A DNA stretch of 64,000 bases from Acidimicrobiia bacterium (GCA_038239145.1 JBBSFB010000004.1:19563-83562), one strand, 5' to 3'. Shown: positions 1 through 9,231, counted from the stretch's first letter. Translations and numbers: made by a program. Notes: generated by a model not told the origin, from the letters alone.

Positions 1-1
1 T

Positions 2-154
2 GCCGGGCTCACCAGGGCCGACGTGCAAACGCGCGCGCAGGTGATCGACGTGTTGCTCGCCCATCCGGAGGTGATGGAGCGCCCGGTGGTGTTCGTCGGC
101 GACCGCGCGGTGATCGCCCGCCCGTCGGAGAAGGTCCTCGAGCTCCTCGACTGA
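2..154 (+). CDS. ArsC/Spx-family protein, 3' end only (5' end lies outside the window)
   Basis: The in-frame translation is AGLTRADVQTRAQVIDVLLAHPEVMERPVVFVGDRAVIARPSEKVLELLD, ending at TGA 152-154. The C-terminal pattern (ERP.V......I.RP.EKVLELL) is typical of ArsC/Spx-type reductase-fold proteins. GC3 is saturated. Confidence 0.55.
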   Translation, partial: AGLTRADVQTRAQVIDVLLAHPEVMERPVVFVGDRAVIARPSEKVLELLD

Positions 155-175
155 CCTTCGGCTCAGCCGAGAAGG
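155..175 (+). terminator. Hairpin immediately after the ArsC-like stop (possible terminator)
   Basis: CCTTCGGC-tca-GCCGAGAAGG forms about 8 bp with a 2-nt bulge and starts 1 nt after the TGA. There is no U-tract. Confidence 0.3.
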
Positions 176-279
176 TCACTCGCTCACCGCACCGCGGTCC
201 GGTTGCCGGCGCTCAGGAACGCCCGGCGCTCGTCGGCGGACATGTCGGTCGTCATGACCGGACGGTAACCTGCACAACT

Positions 280-1530
280 ATGACGATGCCTTCGCCCGAG
301 GAAGTCCGCGTCGAGGTCACGACGTGGCTGAAAGAGAACTGGGATCCCGAGCTGACGGTCGGGGAGTGGTGGGACATCCTGGCTCGCTCCGGCTACGCCG
401 CGCCCACGTTCCCCGAGGACACCTGGGGCAAGGGTTGGCCGCGCGATCTCGCCAACGTCGTGAACGAGACGATCACCGAGCACGGCGCTATCGGGCCGCC
501 CGCCGGCCTCGGTTACCTGCTCACCGCGCCGACGATCGTCGCGCACGGCACCGATCTCCAGAAACAGGTTGACCTGCTCCGCATCCTGAACGGTCAAGAC
601 GCGTGGTGTCAGCTCTTCTCCGAGCCCGGCGCCGGCTCCGACCTCGCCAGCCTCGGCACGAAGGCCGTCAAGGACGGCGAGGAGTGGATCGTCACCGGCC
701 AGAAGGTCTGGACGTCGACCGCGCAGCTGACCAACCTCGGCATGCTGCTCGCCCGGACCGCGCCCGAGCTGGCGAAGCACAAGGGCATCACGTACTTCAA
801 GTTCGACATGCAACAACCCGGCGTCGAGATCCGGCCCTTGCGGGAGATGACGGGCCGCGCGCTCTTCAACGAGGTCTTCATCGACAACGCGCGCGTCAGC
901 GACGCCGACATCATCGGCGGAGTCAACAACGGTTGGGCCGCGGCGAACACCACGCTCATGGCCGAACGGGCCGGTCTCGGTACCGGCGGTTCGGGCGCGG
1001 CAGGAAACGCGTTCCCGGGACCGATCGCGGCCCAGCTCGAAGACCGCGCCGGCGACCACGTCGGCCAGGTCCGTACGGGCGGGACCGGCGGCGGCGGTAT
1101 CGCGGCCGCGAGCCGGCTGATGAAGTTGGCGCAGGAGCTCGGCAACAACACCGACCCGAACATCCGCCAGAAGCTCGCGCAGCTCTACACGATGCAACAG
1201 ATCGGCCGGTTCTCGGGGCTGCGGGCCAAGTCGCCGAGTCAACGGACCGGCGCAGAGCCGAACATCGCCAAGTTGATGATGAGCGACCTGCTCCGCCTGC
1301 AGCGCGAGGTGGGTCACGAGATCGTCGGCGCGTCGGGGATGCTCATGGGCACCGACGTGCCCGGCGGCGGGTCGGTGCAGGAAACGACGCTGTTTTCGCC
1401 GGGCCCGTCGATCTACGGCGGCACCGACCAGGTCCAGCGCAACATCATCGGCGAGCGCGTGCTCGGGCTGCCGAAGGAACCAGGTCCGGCCAAGGAGACG
1501 CCGTACAAGGAGCTTCTCGTCAACGGCTAG
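280..1530 (+). CDS. Acyl-CoA dehydrogenase family protein
   Basis: 416-aa ORF with ACAD-like segments WCQLFSEPGAGSDLASL and IVTGQKVWTSTA and a C-terminal IYGGTDQVQRNIIGERVLGLP. It is a clear paralog of 48238-49470. Confidence 0.9.
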   Translation: MTMPSPEEVRVEVTTWLKENWDPELTVGEWWDILARSGYAAPTFPEDTWGKGWPRDLANVVNETITEHGAIGPPAGLGYLLTAPTIVAHGTDLQKQVDLLRILNGQDAWCQLFSEPGAGSDLASLGTKAVKDGEEWIVTGQKVWTSTAQLTNLGMLLARTAPELAKHKGITYFKFDMQQPGVEIRPLREMTGRALFNEVFIDNARVSDADIIGGVNNGWAAANTTLMAERAGLGTGGSGAAGNAFPGPIAAQLEDRAGDHVGQVRTGGTGGGGIAAASRLMKLAQELGNNTDPNIRQKLAQLYTMQQIGRFSGLRAKSPSQRTGAEPNIAKLMMSDLLRLQREVGHEIVGASGMLMGTDVPGGGSVQETTLFSPGPSIYGGTDQVQRNIIGERVLGLPKEPGPAKETPYKELLVNG

Positions 1531-1548
1531 AGGGCTGAAGAGGTCTGC

Positions 1549-2136
1549 GTGCTCGACGAACTCCTCGCAACCGACGGTGTACGCGAACGGGTGATCGCGG
1601 GTTCGCGGGTCGGGGTGTGCGCGTTGCACGGTGGGCTCGAGCAGGGGACCGCGGAGATCGCGGAAGCCGTAGCGGTCGGCGCGGGCGCGACGTTCTACGC
1701 GGTCGTGCAACCCGACGACCTGCACTGGCACGTGCCGTCGCACCGCTACGACCCTGCGCTTTCCGACGGGCTGCGCACGTTCCTCGCGAGCATCGACCTC
1801 GTCATCTCCGTGCACGGCTTCGGCGGCGTGCGCGACGCCGACGACCGGTGGACCACCGCGCTGCTCGGCGGAACGAACCGCGAGCTGGCGGCCGACCTCG
1901 CTCGCGCGTTGGACGACGCGTTACCGCAGTACCGCTGGATCGGTGATCTCGACGTCATCCCGAAGCACCTGCGCGGACTGCACCCGGGGAACCCGGTGAA
2001 CCGAGTCCCGCTCGGCGGCGTGCAGATCGAGCTTCCGCCCAGGGTGCGGAGACCGGGCGTCGATTACGACGCGTTGGTCGCCGCGCTCACAGCAGTGGCA
2101 AGAGATGCGCGACGTCGTTGTACCGGCGCAGGATGA
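1549..2136 (+). CDS. Poly-gamma-glutamate hydrolase (DUF867)-like family protein
   Basis: 195-aa ORF with a GTG start 18 nt after the upstream stop. Motifs ALHGGLEQGTAEIA, ISVHGFGG, LLGGTN and GGVQIELP resemble the PghP/DUF867 family. Confidence 0.65.
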   Translation: MLDELLATDGVRERVIAGSRVGVCALHGGLEQGTAEIAEAVAVGAGATFYAVVQPDDLHWHVPSHRYDPALSDGLRTFLASIDLVISVHGFGGVRDADDRWTTALLGGTNRELAADLARALDDALPQYRWIGDLDVIPKHLRGLHPGNPVNRVPLGGVQIELPPRVRRPGVDYDALVAALTAVARDARRRCTGAG

Positions 2137-2797
2137 TGCGTTCGCCGTCGACGACCACTTCGCTGATCGACGCGTTGTCGGCGCCCGCGAAGGCGAAGCG
2201 GCGCGCGCCGGTGACGCGGTGGAGCAGCTGACCGATCACGCCGCCGTGCGCAACCACCACGATGCGCTCGTCGGGATGGGCCGCTGCGCAACGCCGGAAG
2301 CCTCGCCAGGTTCGTTCGTCGAACTCTTCCTGCGGTTCCGCGCCCGGGATGACGTCCCAGCGCTCCTGCACGAAGATCTGTTCGAAGATCGGGTCACGCG
2401 CCGCGGCCCGGCGCCTGAACTCGCCCTCTTCCCAGTCGCCGAGGAACACTTCGCGTAGCTCCGGCTCCTCGATCGGTGTCAGCCCGAACTTGGTCGCGAG
2501 GGGTTCGGCGGTCTGGTGCGTGCGCTGCAGCGTGGTGACGTAGATCGCTGCGATGGGCTCGTGCTGCAGTCGCTCGCCGAGCAACACCGCCTGCTGCTCG
2601 CCGACGGGATCGAGGGGCGGGTCCCCGTGACCGTCGCGCAGCGGGAACGGCCGGTCGGGGTGAGCCGGGGCCGACTCCCCGTGGCGCACGAGCAGCACCG
2701 TGGTCGCGCCCGGCGGGGGCGAGAACCGATGCTGGCGAAAGCCCTCGGGCGGGATCTCGGGCTCGGGCGCGGCCTCGGCCGCCGGCGTCGTGCTCAC
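2087..2797 (-). CDS. Histidine phosphatase (PGM/CobC-like) family protein
   Basis: ORF 2087-3418 was trimmed to the GTG at 2797, because only the last ~236 aa read like protein. It carries LLVRHGESAP (RHG catalytic motif) and VVAHGGVIG. The 3' end overlaps the convergent gene 1549-2136 by 50 nt. Confidence 0.85.
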   Translation of the reverse strand: MSTTPAAEAAPEPEIPPEGFRQHRFSPPPGATTVLLVRHGESAPAHPDRPFPLRDGHGDPPLDPVGEQQAVLLGERLQHEPIAAIYVTTLQRTHQTAEPLATKFGLTPIEEPELREVFLGDWEEGEFRRRAAARDPIFEQIFVQERWDVIPGAEPQEEFDERTWRGFRRCAAAHPDERIVVVAHGGVIGQLLHRVTGARRFAFAGADNASISEVVVDGERIILRRYNDVAHLLPLL

Positions 2798-2869
2798 GAA
2801 GCCGAACCTAGCGGAGCGCGCTTTAACGCCGTGCCGGAGCGGTACCACTCCGAATGCGGGAGACCGTGC

Positions 2870-3625
2870 ATGACGACCGTCCCCGCTAGCTTGCGCGAGA
2901 TGGGTGCGCGGCGGGTGTCGACGATTGTTCGCCACGTCGGTCTTGCCGACGTCAACCCCGAGGCGCGTGCCCGGCTCGACGGCATCGCCCGTGTGGTCCA
3001 AGACGTCTCCGACTTCGACGCGTCGACCGTCGCCGTCGACGGAATGGGCCTGTGGATCCTGCGCCGGATGGATCTGCGGATCGCGGCGACTCCCCGCTTC
3101 CGGGCCGAAGTGACCGCGAGTACATGGTGCAGCGGCATCGGGGCCCGGTGGGCGGAGCGCACGTCGCGCCTCGTCGTCGGCGATCGACTGTGTGTCGAAG
3201 CGGTTGCGATATGGGTGCACACCGACCCCGCTACCGGCGCGCCCACGTCGTTGCCCGTCGGGTTCGACGCGATCTGGGGCGCGACCGCGGAAGGGCGCAA
3301 GGTCTCGGCCCGGCTGCGGCACGCGGCACCGCGACCGGACGCGGTCCGGCGCCCGTGGCCGCTGCGGGCAACCGACATCGACGTCGTCGGGCACGTGAAC
3401 AACGCCGCGTACTGGCATGCGGTCGAAGATGAGCTCGCGCGGCGGGGCCGCCCGCGGGTCGCGACCGCCGAGATCGAGTTCCGTGCGGGCCTGGAGCTCG
3501 ACGACGAGGCGGAGCTGCTCGTCGTCGACACCGACCGCGACGGCGGTTTCGCGGCCTGGCTCTGCGTCGACGGAGACGTGCGCGCATCCGTCCTCCTAGG
3601 CTGCGAGGCATGCAGAACGACCTGA
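2870..3625 (+). CDS. Acyl-ACP thioesterase-like (hot-dog fold) protein
   Basis: ORF 2516-3625 was trimmed to the ATG at 2870. The motif DIDVVGHVNNAAYWHAVEDE and the overall length fit acyl-ACP/4HBT-type thioesterases. Confidence 0.7.
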   Translation: MTTVPASLREMGARRVSTIVRHVGLADVNPEARARLDGIARVVQDVSDFDASTVAVDGMGLWILRRMDLRIAATPRFRAEVTASTWCSGIGARWAERTSRLVVGDRLCVEAVAIWVHTDPATGAPTSLPVGFDAIWGATAEGRKVSARLRHAAPRPDAVRRPWPLRATDIDVVGHVNNAAYWHAVEDELARRGRPRVATAEIEFRAGLELDDEAELLVVDTDRDGGFAAWLCVDGDVRASVLLGCEACRTT

Positions 3626-4650
3626 AGCTCGGGTACATGATCGGCTACTGGGGCGCGCAACCGCCGGTCGGTGTGCCGGAGGCGTTGGCCGTTGCGGAGG
3701 AGATCGGGTTCGACTCGTGCTGGACCGCCGAGGCGTACGGGTCCGACGCGCTCACGCCGCTGGCGTGGTGGGGGGCGGCGACGTCGCGCATCAAGCTCGG
3801 CACGTCGATCTGTCAGATCTCGGCGCGGACGCCCACGGCGATGGCGATGGCCGCGCTCACGCTCGATCATCTCTCGGGCGGAAGGTTCGTGCTCGGCCTC
3901 GGGGTGTCGGGCCCACAGGTTGCCGAAGGTTGGTACGGCGACGACTACAGCAAGCCGCTGGTCCGCACGCGCGAATACGTCGACATCGTCCGCCAGGTCC
4001 TGGCCCGCGAAGCGCCCGTCGAATTCCGAGGCGACCGCTACCAGTTGCCGCTGCCGGGCGGTACCGGGCTCGGGAAGCCGCTGAAGTCGATCACGCACCC
4101 GCGTCGGGCCGACCTGCCGATCTATCTCGCCGCAGAAGGCCCGAAGAACGTGTCGCTCGCGGCCGAGATCGCCGACGGGTGGTTGCCGATGTTCTATTCG
4201 CCCCGCAACGACGGCTTCTATCGGGACGCGATGGCGGCGGGGTTCGCGAGAGACGGGGCGCGCCACCGCGCGGAGACGTTCGAGGTCGCGTGCTTGGTGC
4301 CGGTCATCATCGCCGACGACGTCGAGACCGCGGCCGACATGTACCGCCCGGTCCTTGCGCTCTACATCGGCGGGATGGGTTCACGCGAGGTCAACTTCCA
4401 CAACAACGTGTTCGGGCGGATGGGCTACGAGGACGAAGCCAAGCTCATCCAGGACCTGTATCTCGACGGCAAGAAAGCCGAAGCGGCGGCCGCGGTGCCG
4501 ACGAAGCTCGTCGAGGACGTCGCCCTCATCGGTTCGCGCGAAAAGATCCGCGACGACCTCGCGATGTGGCGGGAATCGGCGGTGACGACGATGGTGGTGT
4601 CCGGCGCGACCGAGCAACTGCGAACCATCGCGGAGCTCGTACTCGGATGA
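3610..4650 (+). CDS. LLM-class (luciferase-like) F420-dependent oxidoreductase
   Basis: 346 aa with segments FDSCWTAEAYGSDALTPLAWW and RFVLGLGVSGPQVAEGWYG, typical of actinobacterial LLM enzymes. It overlaps the upstream gene by 16 nt. Confidence 0.85.
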   Translation: MQNDLKLGYMIGYWGAQPPVGVPEALAVAEEIGFDSCWTAEAYGSDALTPLAWWGAATSRIKLGTSICQISARTPTAMAMAALTLDHLSGGRFVLGLGVSGPQVAEGWYGDDYSKPLVRTREYVDIVRQVLAREAPVEFRGDRYQLPLPGGTGLGKPLKSITHPRRADLPIYLAAEGPKNVSLAAEIADGWLPMFYSPRNDGFYRDAMAAGFARDGARHRAETFEVACLVPVIIADDVETAADMYRPVLALYIGGMGSREVNFHNNVFGRMGYEDEAKLIQDLYLDGKKAEAAAAVPTKLVEDVALIGSREKIRDDLAMWRESAVTTMVVSGATEQLRTIAELVLG

Positions 4651-4663
4651 TCGACCTACTCGC

Positions 4664-6637
4664 ATGATCGAACTGAGTGCCGAAGAGGCGCGCGTGTTGG
4701 GCTGCCTCATGGAGAAGGCGGTCACCACCCCCGACAACTATCCCTTGTCGGTCAACGCTCTCATCAACGCGTGCAACCAGAGCACGAACCGCGACCCGAT
4801 CGTCGCCTACGACGAGAACACGGTCGAACGGGTGCTCGAGTCGCTGCGGGAGAAAGGTGTCTCCCGGCGGGTGCGGGCGACCGGTCAACGCGTCGTGAAG
4901 CACAAGCACGTCGTCGACGAAGCGCTGCAGCTCTCCGTCCCCGAGTTCACGGTGCTCGGTGTGTTGTTGCTGCGCGGTGCGCAGACTCCGGGTGAGCTGA
5001 AGCAACGCACCGAGCGCTGGCACAACTTTCGCTCGCTCGACGACCTCGAGGAGACGCTGCAGCGGTTCGCAGAGAAGGGTTACGTCCGCCAACTCGAACG
5101 CCGGCCCGGACACAAGGAATCGCGCTGGGTGACGTTGGTCACGCCCGACGCATCGTCCAACGCGGCGGCGCCGCGGTTCGTGGCGCCCGTATCGGCAGAG
5201 GCGCCGACGTCCGCGCGCCCGCCCGTCGTCGACGAACTGCCGGTGTTGGCAGAGCCGGAAGACCGCTCGCTCGAAGTGGGCAACCCGGCGACCGGCGAGC
5301 GGATCCGCAGCGTTGCCGTCACCGACGGGCGCGAGGTGGAACAGAAGGTCGAGCGGGCCCGACGGGCACAACCCGCATGGGCGGCACGTTCGTACGACGA
5401 CCGGGCCGCGTGCGTGCGCGTGTTCCGCAACCTGCTCGAGGCCGAGGCCGACGAGTGCGCGCGCGTCACCACGAGCGAGGTCGGCAAGCCCATCTCGCAG
5501 TCGCGCGCCGAGGTGACCGCGGTCCTGGAACGGATCGACTGGAATCTCGAGCACGTGGGTTCCGTGATCGCGGCGAGGGCCGTCACTCCTGCGGCCGAGG
5601 GATTGGTCGAGGAGCGCGTGACGCACGAGCCCGTTGGGCTGGTCGCGCACGTGAGCGCGTGGAACTACCCGTACTTCGTCGGGCTGAACACGGTCGTACC
5701 CGCGCTCCTGACCGGCAACGCGGTGCTCTACAAACCATCGGAGCACGCGACGCTCACCGGTCTGCGGATCGTCGATCTGATGCACCGTTCCGGTATCCCG
5801 GTCGACGTCGTGCAAACGGTGGTCGGACGGGGTGCGGTGGGCGCGGCGCTCGTCGCGTGCGAGATCGACATGGTGTGTTTCACCGGTTCCTACGAGACCG
5901 GCAAACGCGTCGCGCGCGCCGTGGCTGATCGGCTCGTCCGGCTCCAGCTCGAGCTCGGAGGCAAGGACGGCGCGTACGTCGCCGACGACGTCGACGTCGA
6001 GACCGCGGCTTTCGCGGTCGCGGAAGGTGCGTTTTACAACGGCGGACAATCGTGTTCGGCCATCGAGCGGGTCTACGTGCATGCCGCGATCTTCGATCGG
6101 TTCGTCGATGCCTTCGTCGACGTGGTGGGTGCGTACCGAACCGGTTCTCCGGACGACGAGCACACCGACATCGGTCCGCTGGCCCGGACCGAGCAGCTCG
6201 ATGTGCTCGACGCTCAGATCGCCGACGCAGTTGCGAAGGGGGCACGGGTCGTGTGCGGCGGTGGCCGTATCGCACGCCCGGGTTCGTGGTTCGAGCCGAC
6301 GGTGCTGGTCGACGTCGATCCGCGCATGAGCGTGATGCGCGACGAGACGTTCGGACCCGTCATCGGGATCCAGCGGGTGCGCGACGACGCCGAGGCGCGT
6401 ACGTGTCTCGACGACACCGAGTTCGGGCTCGGCGCGTCGGTGTTCTCCGGGGATCGGGAGCGGGCGGAGCAGATCCTCAGCCGGCTCGACGTCGGCAACG
6501 CGTATTGGAACCGCTCGGACCGTTCGAGCGTCCGGCTCCCGTGGTCAGGACGTCGTCATTCCGGGCTGGGTGTCTCGATGTCGGAGTCGGGCGTACGCGC
6601 TTTCGTTCGCGAAAAGGCCTGGCACCTCGGCTCCTAG
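4664..6637 (+). CDS. YceH/DUF480 domain fused to an aldehyde dehydrogenase
   Basis: This is a single 657-aa frame.
- Residues ~1-160 align by eye with E. coli YceH (ARVLGCLMEKAVTTPDNYPLSVNALINACNQSTNRDP, LLLRGAQTPGELKQRT, PGHKESRW).
- After an Ala/Pro linker, a full ALDH follows (WNYPYF, LELGGKD catalytic Glu region, GQSCSAIERVYV catalytic Cys, ETFGPV). Confidence 0.85.
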   Translation: MIELSAEEARVLGCLMEKAVTTPDNYPLSVNALINACNQSTNRDPIVAYDENTVERVLESLREKGVSRRVRATGQRVVKHKHVVDEALQLSVPEFTVLGVLLLRGAQTPGELKQRTERWHNFRSLDDLEETLQRFAEKGYVRQLERRPGHKESRWVTLVTPDASSNAAAPRFVAPVSAEAPTSARPPVVDELPVLAEPEDRSLEVGNPATGERIRSVAVTDGREVEQKVERARRAQPAWAARSYDDRAACVRVFRNLLEAEADECARVTTSEVGKPISQSRAEVTAVLERIDWNLEHVGSVIAARAVTPAAEGLVEERVTHEPVGLVAHVSAWNYPYFVGLNTVVPALLTGNAVLYKPSEHATLTGLRIVDLMHRSGIPVDVVQTVVGRGAVGAALVACEIDMVCFTGSYETGKRVARAVADRLVRLQLELGGKDGAYVADDVDVETAAFAVAEGAFYNGGQSCSAIERVYVHAAIFDRFVDAFVDVVGAYRTGSPDDEHTDIGPLARTEQLDVLDAQIADAVAKGARVVCGGGRIARPGSWFEPTVLVDVDPRMSVMRDETFGPVIGIQRVRDDAEARTCLDDTEFGLGASVFSGDRERAEQILSRLDVGNAYWNRSDRSSVRLPWSGRRHSGLGVSMSESGVRAFVREKAWHLGS

Positions 6638-6676
6638 GGCAGCAATCGCCCGGCAGGTCGAGAATGCGAGCGCGCC

Positions 6677-7624
6677 CTACGGGGCGGTGTCGCTCGTCGA
6701 GTCGGGAGTGCCGATTACCGAGATCGGGGTCTCGCCGGGGAGCACCGAGACGGGTGTGTCGCCCGGGTTGGGCTGCGGCGGGTCGACCGTGACGGGGACG
6801 TCGGTTGTGCGCTGGTGCACCGGAACCGTCGCGTCGGTCTTCGGTGCGGGGACCGTCGTGCGAGGAGTGACGCTTTGGGCGGGACGCGCGGTCGGCGGAG
6901 TGGTCACCGGCGCGGCCGTGGTCGGCGTCGTCGGGGCCGGGTTGGGCTTGGCGACGGTCGTCGGCGGGGTCGTCGTCGACGGACCCTTGACCGAGATCGA
7001 CCGGACCTGAATGTTCGTGCCCGCCGAGGCGGGCGAGTGCGACGCGTACGCCACGCCCGCGAACGCGGCCATACCGGCAGCCAGACCGGCGACGGGCAGG
7101 ATTACCTTGCGCCGCAACAGCTCGCCGTGCAATCGGCGCGCCTCGGTCGGCGTGCAGCCGAGCACCTCGGCGATGCGTTCCTCGATCGTCGCCCGGTCGC
7201 GTCCGAGAGCTCCTGCCAGGGCGACGATGTCGACGCTGCGCAGGCTCAACGGGTCGCCCGGCGCCATGCTGCGGAGGCGGTGCACGATGTCGATGTAGCC
7301 ACTGAGGACGTCGTCGATGTCGGGGCCGACCGGCGCCTCGATGTCGTCGACGAAGATGTTGCCGCCCGCGATGTGCAGCGGGACGCGCAGTGGGACGTGG
7401 GCGGTGAGGTCGTCGCCATAGCACTCGGCCAGCTGGGCACAGACGTCGGCCGGGACCGACAGGTCGCCATGCTCGTACTTGCGCAGCTTCCCGGGAGTGG
7501 TGCCCGCGGCGGCGGCCGCTTTCTTGCGCTTCATCCCGCTCCGCTTGCGCGCCGCGAGGAGCAATGCACCCAGGCGTTGGGGAGGCATCGCATCGTCGAG
7601 GAGTAGTGCCACTACTTCACTCAT
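6677..7624 (-). CDS. Membrane-anchored HTH (XRE-like) protein with Pro/Thr-rich C-terminal region
   Basis: 315 aa.
- N-terminal HTH-like segment: LLAARKRSGMKRKKAAAAAGTTPGKLRKYEHGD.
- One hydrophobic span: ILPVAGLAAGMAAFAGVAY.
- About 110 aa of P/T-rich low-complexity sequence follows. Confidence 0.7.
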   Translation of the reverse strand: MSEVVALLLDDAMPPQRLGALLLAARKRSGMKRKKAAAAAGTTPGKLRKYEHGDLSVPADVCAQLAECYGDDLTAHVPLRVPLHIAGGNIFVDDIEAPVGPDIDDVLSGYIDIVHRLRSMAPGDPLSLRSVDIVALAGALGRDRATIEERIAEVLGCTPTEARRLHGELLRRKVILPVAGLAAGMAAFAGVAYASHSPASAGTNIQVRSISVKGPSTTTPPTTVAKPNPAPTTPTTAAPVTTPPTARPAQSVTPRTTVPAPKTDATVPVHQRTTDVPVTVDPPQPNPGDTPVSVLPGETPISVIGTPDSTSDTAP

Positions 7625-7718
7625 AGCCCGTCACTCCACATGCCTCGCGCCACTGTCGGGTCTCTGATCGGCAAGCGGTCGGTCCCGGTCAAGGACAGAT
7701 TGCCACTTCGCGTGAGAC

Positions 7719-9212
7719 CTAGGCCACTACTTCGGCAAAAGCGCCCCGATCCTGGCCGTCCGGGTCGTCGAGGAGCTCGCATTTGGCGTCGAAGCGCATC
7801 GTGGGCCGGCGGTCGAGGTCGTAGGCCGGCCAGGCCGGGATCCCCGGGTGCTGGGGGTCGCGGTCCCGGGCGAAGGCGATCCAGGCCCGGTGCATGGCGT
7901 CGGCGATGCCCTGGCGTTCTGGTCCGGTCCCCGTGAGCATGTCGGCGCCTCTCCCGTCGAGCGTGTCGAATACGAACGGGATCTCGAGCGCATGGGTGGA
8001 GCGCAGGATGCCGCCGAAGACCGGGCTCTCGAAGGTGAACAGATACGACCAGACGGGCGCGTGGGGGAGTTGGGCCTCGAGGAGCCGGATCGCCGGGATC
8101 CGGAACACACCGTCGGTCGCGAGCGCGAGCCACAGTTCCGCGGGCGTCGCGTCGGGCCGGCGGGCGCGGTAGCCCTCGAGCACCGCCGGACCCCCAGGAC
8201 CGAACGCAGCCGCGAGCCGGGTGCGGATCCCGTCGTCGTCGAGCGTTCCCATCTCGGGGTCGGCGAGGGTGAACAGCGTCATCTCCGTCGCGTTGGTGCC
8301 CGCGAGCACGCGCACGTCCTCGGCATTGCCGCTCCGGATCGCCTCGAGCGGCGACTCGAGGAGCACCGTCTCGTCGATGACCGGTTGGAACGGCAACGAG
8401 GCGACACCGTCCTCGCGAAAGTTTGGCTGCGCGGCGAGGATCTCGTCCGTCGTCGCTGCGAGAAGCGCGGCCGTGTCGCCCGCGCGCACACCGAGATTGG
8501 TGACGATGCGCTGCGCGACGCCCGTCGCCTGCTCGCGTGTCGAGACCCAGGAGGCCGCGCCGCTCTCCAAGATGGCGCCGCCGAACAGGCCGCGCGCGCT
8601 CGGCGCACCCAGGAGCGTGCCCACGCTCGCGGCGCCGGCCGACTCACCGAAGATCGTTACCTGCTCGGGGTCGCCGCCGAAGGCGGCGATGCAATCGCGC
8701 ACCCACTCGAGCGCAGCGATCTGGTCGGCGATGCCCGCATTGCCTGCGCCCGCGAACTCGCCGTCGAAGAGATCGGCGAGGTGCAGGAAACCGAACGGTC
8801 CGAGGCGGTAGTTGAGCGTGACGACGACGACGTCGCCGTTGTTGGCGAAGTTGGTGCCGTCGTACCAAGGCGTGTCGCCCGCGCCCCAGATGAATGCGCC
8901 ACCGTGGATCCACACGAGCACGGGCCGGCTGGCATCGTCACACGCAGGTGTCCACACGTTGAGATAGAGGCTGTCTTCGCTGTACGCCGGCTGCGACTCG
9001 CCCATCAGCTTTGCGAGCGCGAACTCGGTCTGGGCCGACTGCGCCGAGAACGACGTGGCGTCGCGGGTTCCGGGCCAGGAATTCTCTCGTTGCGGCAGTT
9101 GCCATCGCAACGCGCCGACGGGCGGAGCCGCGTACGGGATGCCCCGGAACACGTGCACGCCGTCGCGTTCGAAGCCTTCGACCTTGCCGCTGCGGGTCTC
9201 CACTATCGCCAT
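7719..9212 (-). CDS. Type-B carboxylesterase/lipase family protein
   Basis: 497 aa with FRGIPYAAPPVGALRW, WIHGGAF and the nucleophile elbow GESAGA. Confidence 0.9.
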   Translation of the reverse strand: MAIVETRSGKVEGFERDGVHVFRGIPYAAPPVGALRWQLPQRENSWPGTRDATSFSAQSAQTEFALAKLMGESQPAYSEDSLYLNVWTPACDDASRPVLVWIHGGAFIWGAGDTPWYDGTNFANNGDVVVVTLNYRLGPFGFLHLADLFDGEFAGAGNAGIADQIAALEWVRDCIAAFGGDPEQVTIFGESAGAASVGTLLGAPSARGLFGGAILESGAASWVSTREQATGVAQRIVTNLGVRAGDTAALLAATTDEILAAQPNFREDGVASLPFQPVIDETVLLESPLEAIRSGNAEDVRVLAGTNATEMTLFTLADPEMGTLDDDGIRTRLAAAFGPGGPAVLEGYRARRPDATPAELWLALATDGVFRIPAIRLLEAQLPHAPVWSYLFTFESPVFGGILRSTHALEIPFVFDTLDGRGADMLTGTGPERQGIADAMHRAWIAFARDRDPQHPGIPAWPAYDLDRRPTMRFDAKCELLDDPDGQDRGAFAEVVA

Positions 9213-9231
9213 GGCGGCAGGATATCCGGGG

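Noticed and set aside
184-6163. Long ORFs 184-1815 (-), 2794-4266 (-), 3717-4667 (+) and 4526-6163 (-).
   Set aside because: All are antisense or out of frame relative to genes with clear family motifs. Their compositions (R, P, G, D, H runs) are those of shadow ORFs.
7608-7733. 11-nt exact repeat gccactacttc at 7608-7618 and 7723-7733. The copies encode EVVA at the start of one gene and at the end of the next.
   Set aside because: It is a single short duplicate with no extended similarity around it. It is most simply chance or trivial, and I can derive no testable function.
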